DNA of 50,195 nucleotides from Candidatus Magasanikiibacteriota bacterium. GTDB lineage: Bacteria > Patescibacteriota > Patescibacteriia > Magasanikbacterales > GWA2-37-8. Positions within the stretch are counted from its first letter, which is position 1. Each line of letters begins with the position of its first letter. The notes below the pieces were generated by a model that saw only the letters and a program-made list of their open reading frames with translations, was not told where the DNA came from and made no database searches. Positions 36,133-45,120 of the stretch are shown here, piece after piece. The translations under genes and the position numbers were made by a program. The DNA is taken from assembly GCA_009694865.1 (NCBI GenBank), contig SICD01000003.1, positions 1-50,195 on the forward strand. The letters run 5' to 3'.

Positions 36133-38034
36133 ATGACCGACGAAACTCCGCTGACCGCAAACATTCCACTCTCGAAAAATGAACCGCCCAAAAAAAAACG
36201 GGCTCCGGTTAAACGGCGCACGCCAACCAACACTAAAAAACCAGCCTCCGCGGAAAAATCAGTATCACGGTCCGAAGTTGACCAGACTCTAACGTCTTTA
36301 TATGCCAACAACAGTTCCGATAATGATGTCCGAACAATAAAAATTAAAAAATCTTCTTTCCTTGGCCGTCTCTTCTCACGTCTCTTGATAGCCGTAATAA
36401 TCATTGGACTAATTATGTGGGTTGGGACAAAATTAAACTATAATAATAAAATTACCAGCAAAGAATCAAGTCTAAAAGTTGAAATCCAAGGGCCCAGCGA
36501 AGTTGTTCTTGGCGCTGAAAATACCTTTACTGTTTTTTTTACCAACAACGATTCCGTTCCCCTAACCAATATTACCCTTAATATCAAATACCCCGGCGGT
36601 TTTGTTTTAATCTCCAGTTCTTTGCCCGCCACTAACGACAAACAGAACGAGTGGTCGCTAGGGACACTGGCCCCACACGCGGCGAGCTCTCTCACGCTCA
36701 TTGGAGCAGAATTTGCTCCCCTTGGACAAAATGAATCATGGCGAACGTTTATCAAATTTCACCCCAGCAACTTTAATTCCGAACTCCAAACCACCGCTAC
36801 ACTCCCCCTAGCAGTAAAAAGCTCCCCGCTCTCCGTAACTATCACCGGCCCCGACACAGCATCGGTTGGAAAGGATGTTGCCTATACATTTACCGTTAAA
36901 AATGACAGTAAAACACCATTTCTTAATCTCTCACTCGCGCCAGAATGGGGGGGGAATTTTTCTATCACTTCATCTACGCCGCCCTTGGTTAAAAATCGCT
37001 GGATGACTTCAGCCGTCCCTAAGGTCGGCATATTCAAACTGCTGGGTAAGTTCACTGATGCCGCCAACGCGACCAGCTCAATCTCCGCCCGCCTTTCCCT
37101 CACCCCAGAAGGCGCGGCGATGCCACTAACGGTTGGCGACGCCACCCTCTTAACAACCATCAATAAAAATAATATTGATTTAAACATGGCTATCAACGGC
37201 ATCATCGGCAATTTTTCGGCCGCTCCCGGAGACATTCTAAACACTACCGTCCGTCTAAAAAATAACAGCGACCATGATTTAAAAAATGGGATAATTTCCC
37301 TAGCCTTTGATGCTCCGGCCAATGACAAAAAACAAAGCCTGCTCGACTGGAACGAACTAATTGAACCTTACAACGCGAATGTCTTTGGCAAACAACTGGA
37401 GGGCGGACTGCGTCGCGGTACTATTTCCTGGGATAGTAAAAAAATTCCCGGCCTGGCTAAAATAAAACCCGGCGACGAAATTACCATTGATGTTCGCCTG
37501 CCCATAAAATCCGGAAAAAACTTTGATCTCTCGGCGCTGACTCAAAATACAATACTCGCGAGTGGCAGTTTCACCTACAACGGCACAACTGGCGCTGAGG
37601 AATCGCTTCTGACGAACAGCCCAGCCATTACGCTTAATTCTGATCTTGATTTGAGCGTGCAAAACAAAGTCGGAACAAACAGCGACGGCCAAAAACAATT
37701 TAGCGAACAATGGTTGCTTACCAACTCTTTCCATCAGCTTAAAAATATTACCCTCTCTGCCGATGTCTTTGGCGATGTGCTTTTTTCCTACGCCAGCTCA
37801 TCGGTCGGCGCCGGCACCGTCAACTATGACACCCCCAACAAAAAACTCACCTGGCATATTCCCGACATGCCCGTGAGCGTGGACACATTGGCGTTTCCTT
37901 TTTCCATAATTATAAACAAAAATAATCCCACCCAGAATACCCTCATCGCTAAAGTCCACGTCAGCGCCGAAGATACCGTCACCGGCCAAACTATCGATTT
38001 CTTTGGCGACGAAATTTCACTCCCTACTAACTAA
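36133..38034 (+). CDS. Membrane-anchored protein with repeated Ig-like (DUF11-type) domains
   Basis: One TM, then GPSEVVLG...FTNND..PLTN...YPGGF and GPDTASVG...YTFTVKN repeats. Confidence 0.7.
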   Translation: MTDETPLTANIPLSKNEPPKKKRAPVKRRTPTNTKKPASAEKSVSRSEVDQTLTSLYANNSSDNDVRTIKIKKSSFLGRLFSRLLIAVIIIGLIMWVGTKLNYNNKITSKESSLKVEIQGPSEVVLGAENTFTVFFTNNDSVPLTNITLNIKYPGGFVLISSSLPATNDKQNEWSLGTLAPHAASSLTLIGAEFAPLGQNESWRTFIKFHPSNFNSELQTTATLPLAVKSSPLSVTITGPDTASVGKDVAYTFTVKNDSKTPFLNLSLAPEWGGNFSITSSTPPLVKNRWMTSAVPKVGIFKLLGKFTDAANATSSISARLSLTPEGAAMPLTVGDATLLTTINKNNIDLNMAINGIIGNFSAAPGDILNTTVRLKNNSDHDLKNGIISLAFDAPANDKKQSLLDWNELIEPYNANVFGKQLEGGLRRGTISWDSKKIPGLAKIKPGDEITIDVRLPIKSGKNFDLSALTQNTILASGSFTYNGTTGAEESLLTNSPAITLNSDLDLSVQNKVGTNSDGQKQFSEQWLLTNSFHQLKNITLSADVFGDVLFSYASSSVGAGTVNYDTPNKKLTWHIPDMPVSVDTLAFPFSIIINKNNPTQNTLIAKVHVSAEDTVTGQTIDFFGDEISLPTN

Positions 38035-38961
38035 AAAATTCTTCACTAATTTTTCCGCCGCGGTAACAAATTCGTCTGTAATCCAATTAATTCGCTGATC
38101 TCGTTTAAACCAGGTCAGCTGTCGTTTCGCGTAACGCCGCGTTTCTGTCTTAATAATAACGATAGCGTCTTCAAGCGTACATTCTCCCCGCCAATAACTC
38201 CCTATTTGCTTATACCCAATACTACTCATGCTCGGCAAATTCCAATCATAACATTGCTTCATCAAAATTTCAGTTTCTCTTACCAAACCACGCCTTATCT
38301 GTTCGTCAACGCGCCCCTCCAAACGCGCTATTAGTTCATTCTTTTCCCAAGCTAGTCCAATCTGCAAAGTGTTAACCAGCGGAGCGGCCATCCGGCGCTG
38401 ATGGACGAATGATTCACCGCTCAAAATATTCACTTCCAAAGCCCGCGTCACTCGGCGTGGATTATTCATATCAACAAATTTAGCGGCTTCGGGGTCAAGG
38501 CTTGTTAAAAGCGCGCGCAAGTCCGAAAGCGGCTTCTCTTCCAAACTCCGGCGTAATTTTTTATTGGGCGCGATTTTTGGCATATCCAAATTATCCACCA
38601 CCGCCCAAATATATAAGCCGGTGCCCCCCACTAAAAACGGGATTTTGCCCCGCGCGGTAATATCTTGAATCGCCGCGCACGCCAAGGCTTTAAATTCCGC
38701 CACGCTCATCTCATACCCGGGATCAACCATGTCCATTCCATAATGCGGGATCCCCTCGACCACATATATTGCCCGCCCACCAACCGTTTGCCATTCCCCA
38801 GCGGGCTTAGCGGTACCAATATCCATCTTTTTAAAAATCTGGCGCGAATCCGCGGAAATAATTTCGCCATTAAATTTTCGCGCTAACGAAATGGCCAAAT
38901 CCGTCTTGCCAGAAGCCGTAGGGCCAAGTATAACGACTAATTTAGGAAGGTGATTTTTCAT
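38017..38961 (-). CDS. miaA: tRNA dimethylallyltransferase
   Basis: GPTASGKT, ISADSRQ, DIGTAK, VGGTGLY, TRRYAKRQLTWF. Confidence 0.97.
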   Translation of the reverse strand: MKNHLPKLVVILGPTASGKTDLAISLARKFNGEIISADSRQIFKKMDIGTAKPAGEWQTVGGRAIYVVEGIPHYGMDMVDPGYEMSVAEFKALACAAIQDITARGKIPFLVGGTGLYIWAVVDNLDMPKIAPNKKLRRSLEEKPLSDLRALLTSLDPEAAKFVDMNNPRRVTRALEVNILSGESFVHQRRMAAPLVNTLQIGLAWEKNELIARLEGRVDEQIRRGLVRETEILMKQCYDWNLPSMSSIGYKQIGSYWRGECTLEDAIVIIKTETRRYAKRQLTWFKRDQRINWITDEFVTAAEKLVKNFLVSRE

Positions 38962-39012
38962 ATACACACTATTCTAATCGCCATCTGCTAAACCGTCAAA
39001 TACTCCAACCAC

Positions 39013-39041
39013 TTGACAAACGGTCAATTTTATGCTATAAT
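39013..39041 (+). promoter_or_regulatory. Perfect consensus sigma70 promoter
   Basis: TTGACA-17 nt-TATAAT with extended TG; divergent from the miaA promoter (TTGACG-17-TAGAAT). Confidence 0.8.
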
Positions 39042-39121
39042 TACTCTTGTAATTGGCTTAAATAAGCCAAATTAGCTAATCTTAGGTCCCTGCCTAAGCC
39101 AAGCTTTAATCTTTACATACT

Positions 39122-39211
39122 ATGGGAGAAGTAGCTAACCCAGCGGAAAACCAGCTCTTTAGAGTAAAAACACCTGAAGAAAAATTTTTTGACGATTCCG
39201 CTTTTAACTAA
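39122..39211 (+). CDS. Putative 29-aa small ORF (or gene remnant)
   Basis: MGEVANPAENQLFRVKTPEEKFFDDSAFN*, between the consensus promoter and a terminator. Confidence 0.4.
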   Translation: MGEVANPAENQLFRVKTPEEKFFDDSAFN

Positions 39212-39233
39212 CAGATTCTCACAACCTCTATAC

Positions 39234-39270
39234 AAAAAAATCTCTCCCGATTATTTGGGAGAGATTTTTT
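39234..39270. terminator. Bidirectional terminator (thrS / small unit)
   Basis: AAAAAAATCTCTCCC-GATTATTT-GGGAGAGATTTTTT. Confidence 0.88.
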
Positions 39271-39272
39271 AT

Positions 39273-41027
39273 TTACCGTCTTTCTCGTATTTCTGCTTTT
39301 ACCTTTTCAATAAATTCATTCTTAACCATCTTCAATTGTTCCTCGACACCACGCACGCGTATCGTCCATTCTCCGCCTTCGAGCTCCCTGTCCCCCACCA
39401 CCACAATATACGGAATTTTTTGTTTAGCCGCATTGCGCACTTTTTTACCAATAGATTCATCAGCATCATCCATCGCAGCGCGGATACCGGCCCTCTGAAA
39501 TTCCTCCAAAAGTTTTTTGGCTCCATCCACGTGCTTTTCAGAAACCGGCGCGAGCATTACCTGCACGGGTGAAAGCCAAACCGGAAACGCGCCGGCGTAG
39601 TGTTCGATAAGAAACGCCATAATGCGCTCAATCGCTCCGATGGAAGATCGATGGACTACCACCGCCCGTTTTTCCGTTCCGTCTTCGGCGTTATATTTCA
39701 AATCAAACCGCTCTGGCATGCACAGATCATACTGCACAGTAAAGGCGGTGTCTTCCTTGCCGTTCACGTTTTTCATCTGAATATCCACTTTCGGACCATA
39801 AAAGGCGGCTTCGCCAGGCGCTTCCACAAAACGACTACCCCGAGCAGTCAAATGCTTTCGGAGCAAATCTTCTGCCTTCTCCCAACCCGCGTCATTCTTG
39901 TAATATTTTTCTGAATTGGAGCGGTCGCCGAGTGAAAGCCGATACCAATACTCGGTGCCGTGTACCAAACCAAATACGCCAGCGATATATTCAATCAAAT
40001 CTAACGCCTTGCCCACTTCCGCCACGGCTTGCTCTTCCGAAGCACAAATAATGTGGGCATCAGCGAGGCAAAATGCGCGGACTCGCTGTAAACCGGAAAG
40101 CTCGCCCGATTGTTCGTAACGATACAACTGCGCCAATTCCGCAATTCTCACCGGCAATTCGCGGTAGCTGTGCGGTTTACGGAGGTAGAGCTCAAAATGA
40201 TGCGGGCAGGTCATGGGTCGGAGCATGAATTCCTCGTCATCAATTTTTATGGGCGCGTACATGGAATCTTTATAGTGCGGATAATGCCCGGATTTTTTAT
40301 ACAAATCAAGCTTGGCAATATCCGGCGTTCTCACGTGCAAATACCCGCGACGAAGTTCCTCATCAACAATAAACCGCTCCAATTCACGCCGTATCGTGGC
40401 GCCTTTTTCCGTCCACAAGGGCAACCCTTTGCCGACGCTTTCGGAAAAAGTAAATAAATCCAGCTCCTTGCCCAATTTTTTATGGTCTCGCATTTTAGCT
40501 TCTTCCAACATCGTTAAATGTTTCTGAAGTTCATCTTTAGTTGGAAAACAGGTGCCATAAATGCGCGTCAGCATTTTATTTTTCTCACTCCCGCGCCAAT
40601 ACGCTCCTGCCACGGACATGAGTTTAAAATGTTTAATTTCATCTTTAGGGTGTTCCAAATGCCCGCCTTTGCAGAGGTCGAGAAATTCACCCTGCTTGGT
40701 TTCGGTAATCATTTTCCCCTGCATCGCAAACTCATCAATCAATTCGGATTTATAAATATTCCAAGCAAAATCTTTTTTCGCCTGCGCTACCGGCACTTCT
40801 TGAATAGCAAAAGTATCCCAAGTTTTTAAAACTTCTCGCATCTTATTTTCTATTTTCTCAAAATCTTCCTCGGAGATTTTTACCTCTCCCATATCAAAAT
40901 CCTGATAAAAACCGTCCTCTATGGAAGGGCCAATGGCATTTTGCGCGCTCGGCCAAATACTTCGCACGGAGGCGGCCAAAAGATGAGCGCAGGAGTGGCG
41001 GAGATTGTTTAGGTGTTCTTGGTCCAT
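39273..41027 (-). CDS. thrS: Threonine--tRNA ligase (short form lacking the N-terminal TGS domain)
   Basis: LRHSCAHLLA, DLCKGGH, RDHKKLGKEL, LRPMTCPHH, GEAAFYGPK, VHRSSIGAIER. Confidence 0.97.
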   Translation of the reverse strand: MDQEHLNNLRHSCAHLLAASVRSIWPSAQNAIGPSIEDGFYQDFDMGEVKISEEDFEKIENKMREVLKTWDTFAIQEVPVAQAKKDFAWNIYKSELIDEFAMQGKMITETKQGEFLDLCKGGHLEHPKDEIKHFKLMSVAGAYWRGSEKNKMLTRIYGTCFPTKDELQKHLTMLEEAKMRDHKKLGKELDLFTFSESVGKGLPLWTEKGATIRRELERFIVDEELRRGYLHVRTPDIAKLDLYKKSGHYPHYKDSMYAPIKIDDEEFMLRPMTCPHHFELYLRKPHSYRELPVRIAELAQLYRYEQSGELSGLQRVRAFCLADAHIICASEEQAVAEVGKALDLIEYIAGVFGLVHGTEYWYRLSLGDRSNSEKYYKNDAGWEKAEDLLRKHLTARGSRFVEAPGEAAFYGPKVDIQMKNVNGKEDTAFTVQYDLCMPERFDLKYNAEDGTEKRAVVVHRSSIGAIERIMAFLIEHYAGAFPVWLSPVQVMLAPVSEKHVDGAKKLLEEFQRAGIRAAMDDADESIGKKVRNAAKQKIPYIVVVGDRELEGGEWTIRVRGVEEQLKMVKNEFIEKVKAEIRERR

Positions 41028-41052
41028 AGCGTTGAGATTTCAACTATATAAA

Positions 41053-41478
41053 TTAATTATATTCTTCATACTCAATTTTCATCCCGCCTCTCTCAAACTC
41101 CCCAACCAATTCATTTATAACCTGACCATAATTAAGAAACACCGGAATGGTAAAATTCGATCCTTCTTCTCTCGCTAATTCCACTATTTTATTTGCTACA
41201 GCCAAATATGATGGTGGGCCAGATTTTTCGAAAACAGAAAAACTGATTCTTTGTTCTATGGCTAAACGTAAATTTTCGTTAGTACAGTGCCCGCGCAACA
41301 ATTTAATACACTTAAGTTTTTGGGCCGGGCTGCCTTCAAATTTTTTTATAATTATTCTGTATTGCTTAATTGTTTCCGACTTATCTTTTGCGGAGTCTTC
41401 TCTGCGCTGTTTATTTGCTGCCTCCCTCAAGTACGCAAAAGGGTCTTCATTACGAGTAGAAAATGGTGGTTTGGACAT
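41053..41478 (-). CDS. Hypothetical protein between the T-box and thrS
   Basis: 141-aa AT-rich ORF with ATG just after the T-box terminator. Confidence 0.65.
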   Translation of the reverse strand: MSKPPFSTRNEDPFAYLREAANKQRREDSAKDKSETIKQYRIIIKKFEGSPAQKLKCIKLLRGHCTNENLRLAIEQRISFSVFEKSGPPSYLAVANKIVELAREEGSNFTIPVFLNYGQVINELVGEFERGGMKIEYEEYN

Positions 41479-41495
41479 AAATAAGAGTTAAAAAT

Positions 41496-41685
41496 AAAAA
41501 AAACCCGATAAGCCTAAAACAGGCCGTATCGGGGTCTGTGATAAATCACGGACGGTTCCACCCGAAAGTTTCGCTCATTCACCAGCTGTCATCCCGACCG
41601 AAGTGCAGGGATCCCTCGACTTCGCTCGGGATGACAGTTGAATTTATTCACAGCGAGATTGGTAGTCTCGCATCAACCAGACTGA
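41496..41685 (-). promoter_or_regulatory. Thr T-box riboswitch (transcription attenuator)
   Basis: Antiterminator TCGGG-TGGAACC-GTCCGTGAT..ATCACAGAC-CCCGA overlaps terminator CCCGATA..TATCGGG-T8; ACC lies in the loop of a 5' hairpin; upstream of thrS. Confidence 0.85.
41587..41636. mobile_element. Short TGTCAT...ATGACA element inside the T-box leader
   Basis: TGTCATCCCGACCGAAGT...ACTTCGCTCGGGATGACA. Confidence 0.8.
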
Positions 41686-41689
41686 ATCT

Positions 41690-41718
41690 ACTATACAAAA
41701 TAATGAATTGACTGTCAA
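41690..41718 (-). promoter_or_regulatory. Promoter of the T-box/thrS unit
   Basis: TTGACA-17 nt-TATAGT. Confidence 0.75.
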
Positions 41719-41720
41719 GG

Positions 41721-41825
41721 GATTGCCACGTCCCCCGCAGCTGCGGGGTCCTCGCAATGACACAATTGGCCGCCGCTCACAATCTTCTAATCTTTTCCGC
41801 CCGAGGCGGATCAGCCTTGGGCTGA
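41721..41825. repeat. Cluster of palindromic elements
   Basis: GATTGCCACG...CTCGCAATGAC half element (41721-41761) and TCCGCCCGAGGCGGATCAGCCTTGGGCTGA (41796-41825; same family as 2163-2192). Confidence 0.7.
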
Positions 41826-41831
41826 TAATCT

Positions 41832-42980
41832 TCACTGGACATTTTTTACGATCACTTTAATCTTATCCGGCACGCTCGGCGCGCTTAACATCCACGAGGG
41901 CGAAAACTTAACATCCACCTGGGCCACATGCTCCAGCCCCAAAACATAACGTTCAATATCGGCTTTTTTCTTGCTCAAAAAGTGTTCGGCGCTTAAGGCG
42001 TCCCCATTAGCCTCCAGCGTTACCCCCACATCTTGGCGGACGCTTAATTCAGCTGTGCCCTCTTTAGCGTTAAAACTAACCACCGTTACCTGCGGCGCGC
42101 CTGCGCCGGCCGCCACAAAGCGCTCGGCTCCCGCGTCAACTTTATCGGCAATTTGTTTATTTACCAAAGCGACAAGCTCGCTCGCGGTATAGCGCACCAC
42201 CACAATCGTGCTGGTACCGCTCACGGTAAAACCGGTCACTTCTTCACCGGCTTTGTGGTCAGCCTTGGCGTGGCTATCTAATACCGTTACAATCTGTGCC
42301 ATTTGATCATCGCTGTCTTTGAGACTCTTCCGAAACGCTTCTTCAACCTTTTGTTTATAGGCAAGTTCGGCGCTCTTAATATCATCGGCGCTTAAAATGG
42401 CTAAACTGGCCACGCCGCCGCTCATTGGGGCAGTACTCTCGGCAAAAATAACCTTTTGTTTGTCGGTAACCAGACCCGGAATAGTAAATGAACTGGGGGC
42501 AATATCATAGGCGGCGCCTTTTTGGTCCGCATACACCCGCGCCGTAATCTGGCCATTGGCCGGGACAGTAACACCTTCGCTTAATCGGAACAATGCCCCG
42601 CCCGGAGTGAGGAAACGCGTCGTTTTAACCAGGGACTGTGCGGTCTTGGTTTTATTAAAAATAACCACCGCGCCAGTCGCTATTCCCGCTACAGTCTTAT
42701 TGCCGGTCGGGTGAAAATCTTCGCTCCACGGAAAAATTTGAGATTGCACACTACCCACCACACTGCTCGCGGCCACCACTTTTGCGCCCACACCAACCGC
42801 CAAGGCGATGCTCTTGATGTCATTTTTCGCCACAATGGTAATGACGGCCTTTTTGGAGGTCATAAAAATAACCAGTGCCAAAAGAATAATAGTGACAGCC
42901 AAAAAAGATAAGGCAATAATTTTATAAAACTTCACCGATGGCTCCAAAGGAGGTTGAGTAGCAAGACGATACGTTATCAT
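41832..42980 (-). CDS. Membrane-anchored protein with baseplate-J-like region (CPR-common)
   Basis: TM; ATGAVVIFN...QSLVKTTRF..G.LFRL...VTVPA...VYADQ.G..Y.I....FTIPGL. Confidence 0.65.
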   Translation of the reverse strand: MITYRLATQPPLEPSVKFYKIIALSFLAVTIILLALVIFMTSKKAVITIVAKNDIKSIALAVGVGAKVVAASSVVGSVQSQIFPWSEDFHPTGNKTVAGIATGAVVIFNKTKTAQSLVKTTRFLTPGGALFRLSEGVTVPANGQITARVYADQKGAAYDIAPSSFTIPGLVTDKQKVIFAESTAPMSGGVASLAILSADDIKSAELAYKQKVEEAFRKSLKDSDDQMAQIVTVLDSHAKADHKAGEEVTGFTVSGTSTIVVVRYTASELVALVNKQIADKVDAGAERFVAAGAGAPQVTVVSFNAKEGTAELSVRQDVGVTLEANGDALSAEHFLSKKKADIERYVLGLEHVAQVDVKFSPSWMLSAPSVPDKIKVIVKNVQ

Positions 42981-43026
42981 AGATCAAAATACAGTAAAAA
43001 ATGATTACAATTATAGTATAACATAA

Positions 43027-43136
43027 AAATGCCAAAATCCCAATGACAAATGTCAAATCAAGCTCAAAATCCAAAAACGTGTCGTCAATTTGAACTTTGA
43101 CATTGATTTGGCATTTGAAATTTGTTATTTGAAATT
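43027..43136. repeat. Inverted CAAAT-type 7-mer arrays after the pilB stop
   Basis: CCAATGACAAATGTCAAATCAA versus TTGATTTGGCATTTGAAATTTGTTATTTGAAATT. Confidence 0.85.
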
Positions 43137-43140
43137 CACG

Positions 43141-44883
43141 TCATTCCGCCACCCGGAAAACTTCTTCAATCGTCGTAATTTTGTCCAAAGCCTTCAAAAG
43201 CCCGTCTTGCACCATCGTCACCATTCCATTTTTAACCGCCATTTCCTGGATGGTATATTCAGAAACTTTACTGCTCAAAATAACCTCTTCAATTTCTTTC
43301 GAGAGATGGAAAATTTCATAAATACTAATGCGCCCTTTATATCCCAAACCACTGCAAGCCGAGCACCCGGCGCCTTTATAAAAATGGAGATTATTTAGAT
43401 CAAACGATAGCTTTTCTTTTTCGGGCAATGCTTCCAAAATTCCTTTCACCCGCGCCAAACGTTCGGGGTCCAGCGTCTCTTCGATTTTGCAAACTTCGCA
43501 AATTCGACGCACCAAGCGTTGTCCAATCACCGCGTTAAGGGCCGGCGCGAGCAAAAACGGTTTGACCCCCATTGATAAAAACCTGGGGATAACCCCCGCC
43601 GCGCTGTTGGTGTGGATAGTGGACAGCATAAGATGACCGGTGAGCGCCGCTTGGATGGCGATTTCCGCGGTTTCTAAATCCCGAATTTCGCCGACCATGC
43701 AAATATCCGGATCTTGACGCAAAATACTGCGGAGCCCCTTGGCAAAACTATAATCATGGCTCGCGTCCACCTGGCTTTGGTTGATTCCATTCATTTTAAT
43801 TTCAATCGGGTCTTCCAAAGTAATAATTTTTACCCCAGGCTTATTTAATTCATGTAACACAGCGTACATAGTGGTAGTTTTACCACTACCCGTGGGACCA
43901 GTGGTAATAACCATGCCATTAGGACGTAAAATTTCCCGTTTTAATTCTTCGTACACTGTGCCGCGCAGACCCAGTTCATCAAAACTCACACCCTTACTGC
44001 CGCTATGCAAAATACGCATCACCACGCTCTCGCCATGAATAGTAGGCAAGGTCGAAACGCGAATATCCAGACTCCCCCCCGATAGTTGCAAAGTAACACG
44101 GCCATCCTGCGGACGATCGGTAACATTAATTTTAAGCGCCGCCAACAATTTTATGCGCGATACAAACCGTTGCCACTGCTCTTTTGGCAAATGCGCTACA
44201 TCGTGAAGGATACCATCAATACGATACCGAACGGCAATATCATCCTGCTCGGCCTCAATATGAATATCGGTAGCGTTAACCTTAAGCGCCGACGCCACCA
44301 CCAGCGTTAAAATATCGGTAATGGTAACATTGCGAAATGACTCCTCCAAACTTTGCAGATTATCCACCCCCGCCACATATTTTTCTAAATCTTCATCGGT
44401 AATAATAAAATCTTTCGAAATTGGTTTTACGATTGGTAAATTGCCATACAATTTTAAAACCCTTTCCAAACTATGCGGCGACATAAGATATGGCCTCACG
44501 GTGGCGTGAAATCGCTCGCCAAGCTGATACAAAACATCATCCAATTCCGACCGCGGCTCTACCACGCCCACCCGCATTTCTTCCGGCGTAAAATAAAAAC
44601 AGGCTATCCCCTCCGCGCGCGCCTGATTCTCGGGGATGGCTCGCAGTGCCTCCGCCGATACCGGAAACGCGCTCAAATCAATATGCGGCATCCCCAATTT
44701 ACGCGCCTCTTCCGCCACCAGTATTTCTTTTTCTTTCAAGGTAATTTCTTCCATTTTGCTCGCAAAAATTTGCTGGGCGCTGTGAGTAGTGTTGCCTTTA
44801 GCGCCCCGGGAACCGCCCGATGCTTTAGTTGGCACACCACTCTTGCTTCTGCTAATATCACTAATTGAAGGAAAATCGGACAT
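43141..44883 (-). CDS. pilB: Type IV pilus assembly ATPase (PilB/GspE family)
   Basis: ATDIHIE, PQDGR, GPTGSGKTTT, TLEDPIE, LRQDPD, AALTGHLMLSTIHTN, CxxC pairs. Confidence 0.9.
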   Translation of the reverse strand: MSDFPSISDISRSKSGVPTKASGGSRGAKGNTTHSAQQIFASKMEEITLKEKEILVAEEARKLGMPHIDLSAFPVSAEALRAIPENQARAEGIACFYFTPEEMRVGVVEPRSELDDVLYQLGERFHATVRPYLMSPHSLERVLKLYGNLPIVKPISKDFIITDEDLEKYVAGVDNLQSLEESFRNVTITDILTLVVASALKVNATDIHIEAEQDDIAVRYRIDGILHDVAHLPKEQWQRFVSRIKLLAALKINVTDRPQDGRVTLQLSGGSLDIRVSTLPTIHGESVVMRILHSGSKGVSFDELGLRGTVYEELKREILRPNGMVITTGPTGSGKTTTMYAVLHELNKPGVKIITLEDPIEIKMNGINQSQVDASHDYSFAKGLRSILRQDPDICMVGEIRDLETAEIAIQAALTGHLMLSTIHTNSAAGVIPRFLSMGVKPFLLAPALNAVIGQRLVRRICEVCKIEETLDPERLARVKGILEALPEKEKLSFDLNNLHFYKGAGCSACSGLGYKGRISIYEIFHLSKEIEEVILSSKVSEYTIQEMAVKNGMVTMVQDGLLKALDKITTIEEVFRVAE

Positions 44884-44964
44884 ATGATTTTACTCTCGCG
44901 AGGAAAATCACTTCGCAGCGACCCACCGGGAGCGGAGAAGATTCCTCTGAAACATATAATTAAA

Positions 44965-45093
44965 AAATCCTAAATTCGAATATCGAAATCCGAAACAAAT
45001 TTCAAATGTCAAATCAAATTCAAAACCCCAAACCCAAATTTGCCATTTAGACTTTGGATTTGATTTGACATTTGTTATTTGGATTTTGAAATT
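44965..45093. repeat. Inverted 7-mer arrays upstream of pilB
   Basis: AAATCCTAAATTCGAATATCGAAATCCGAAACAAATTTCAAATGTCAAATCAAAT versus ATTTGATTTGACATTTGTTATTTGGATTT. Confidence 0.85.
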
Positions 45094-45120
45094 ATAATTT
45101 TAATCTATCACTTCGAGCAA

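Noticed and set aside
41832-42980. Prophage or contractile-injection locus, from the baseplate-J-like similarity
   Set aside because: It is a lone TM-anchored gene among housekeeping genes, with no other phage structural genes.
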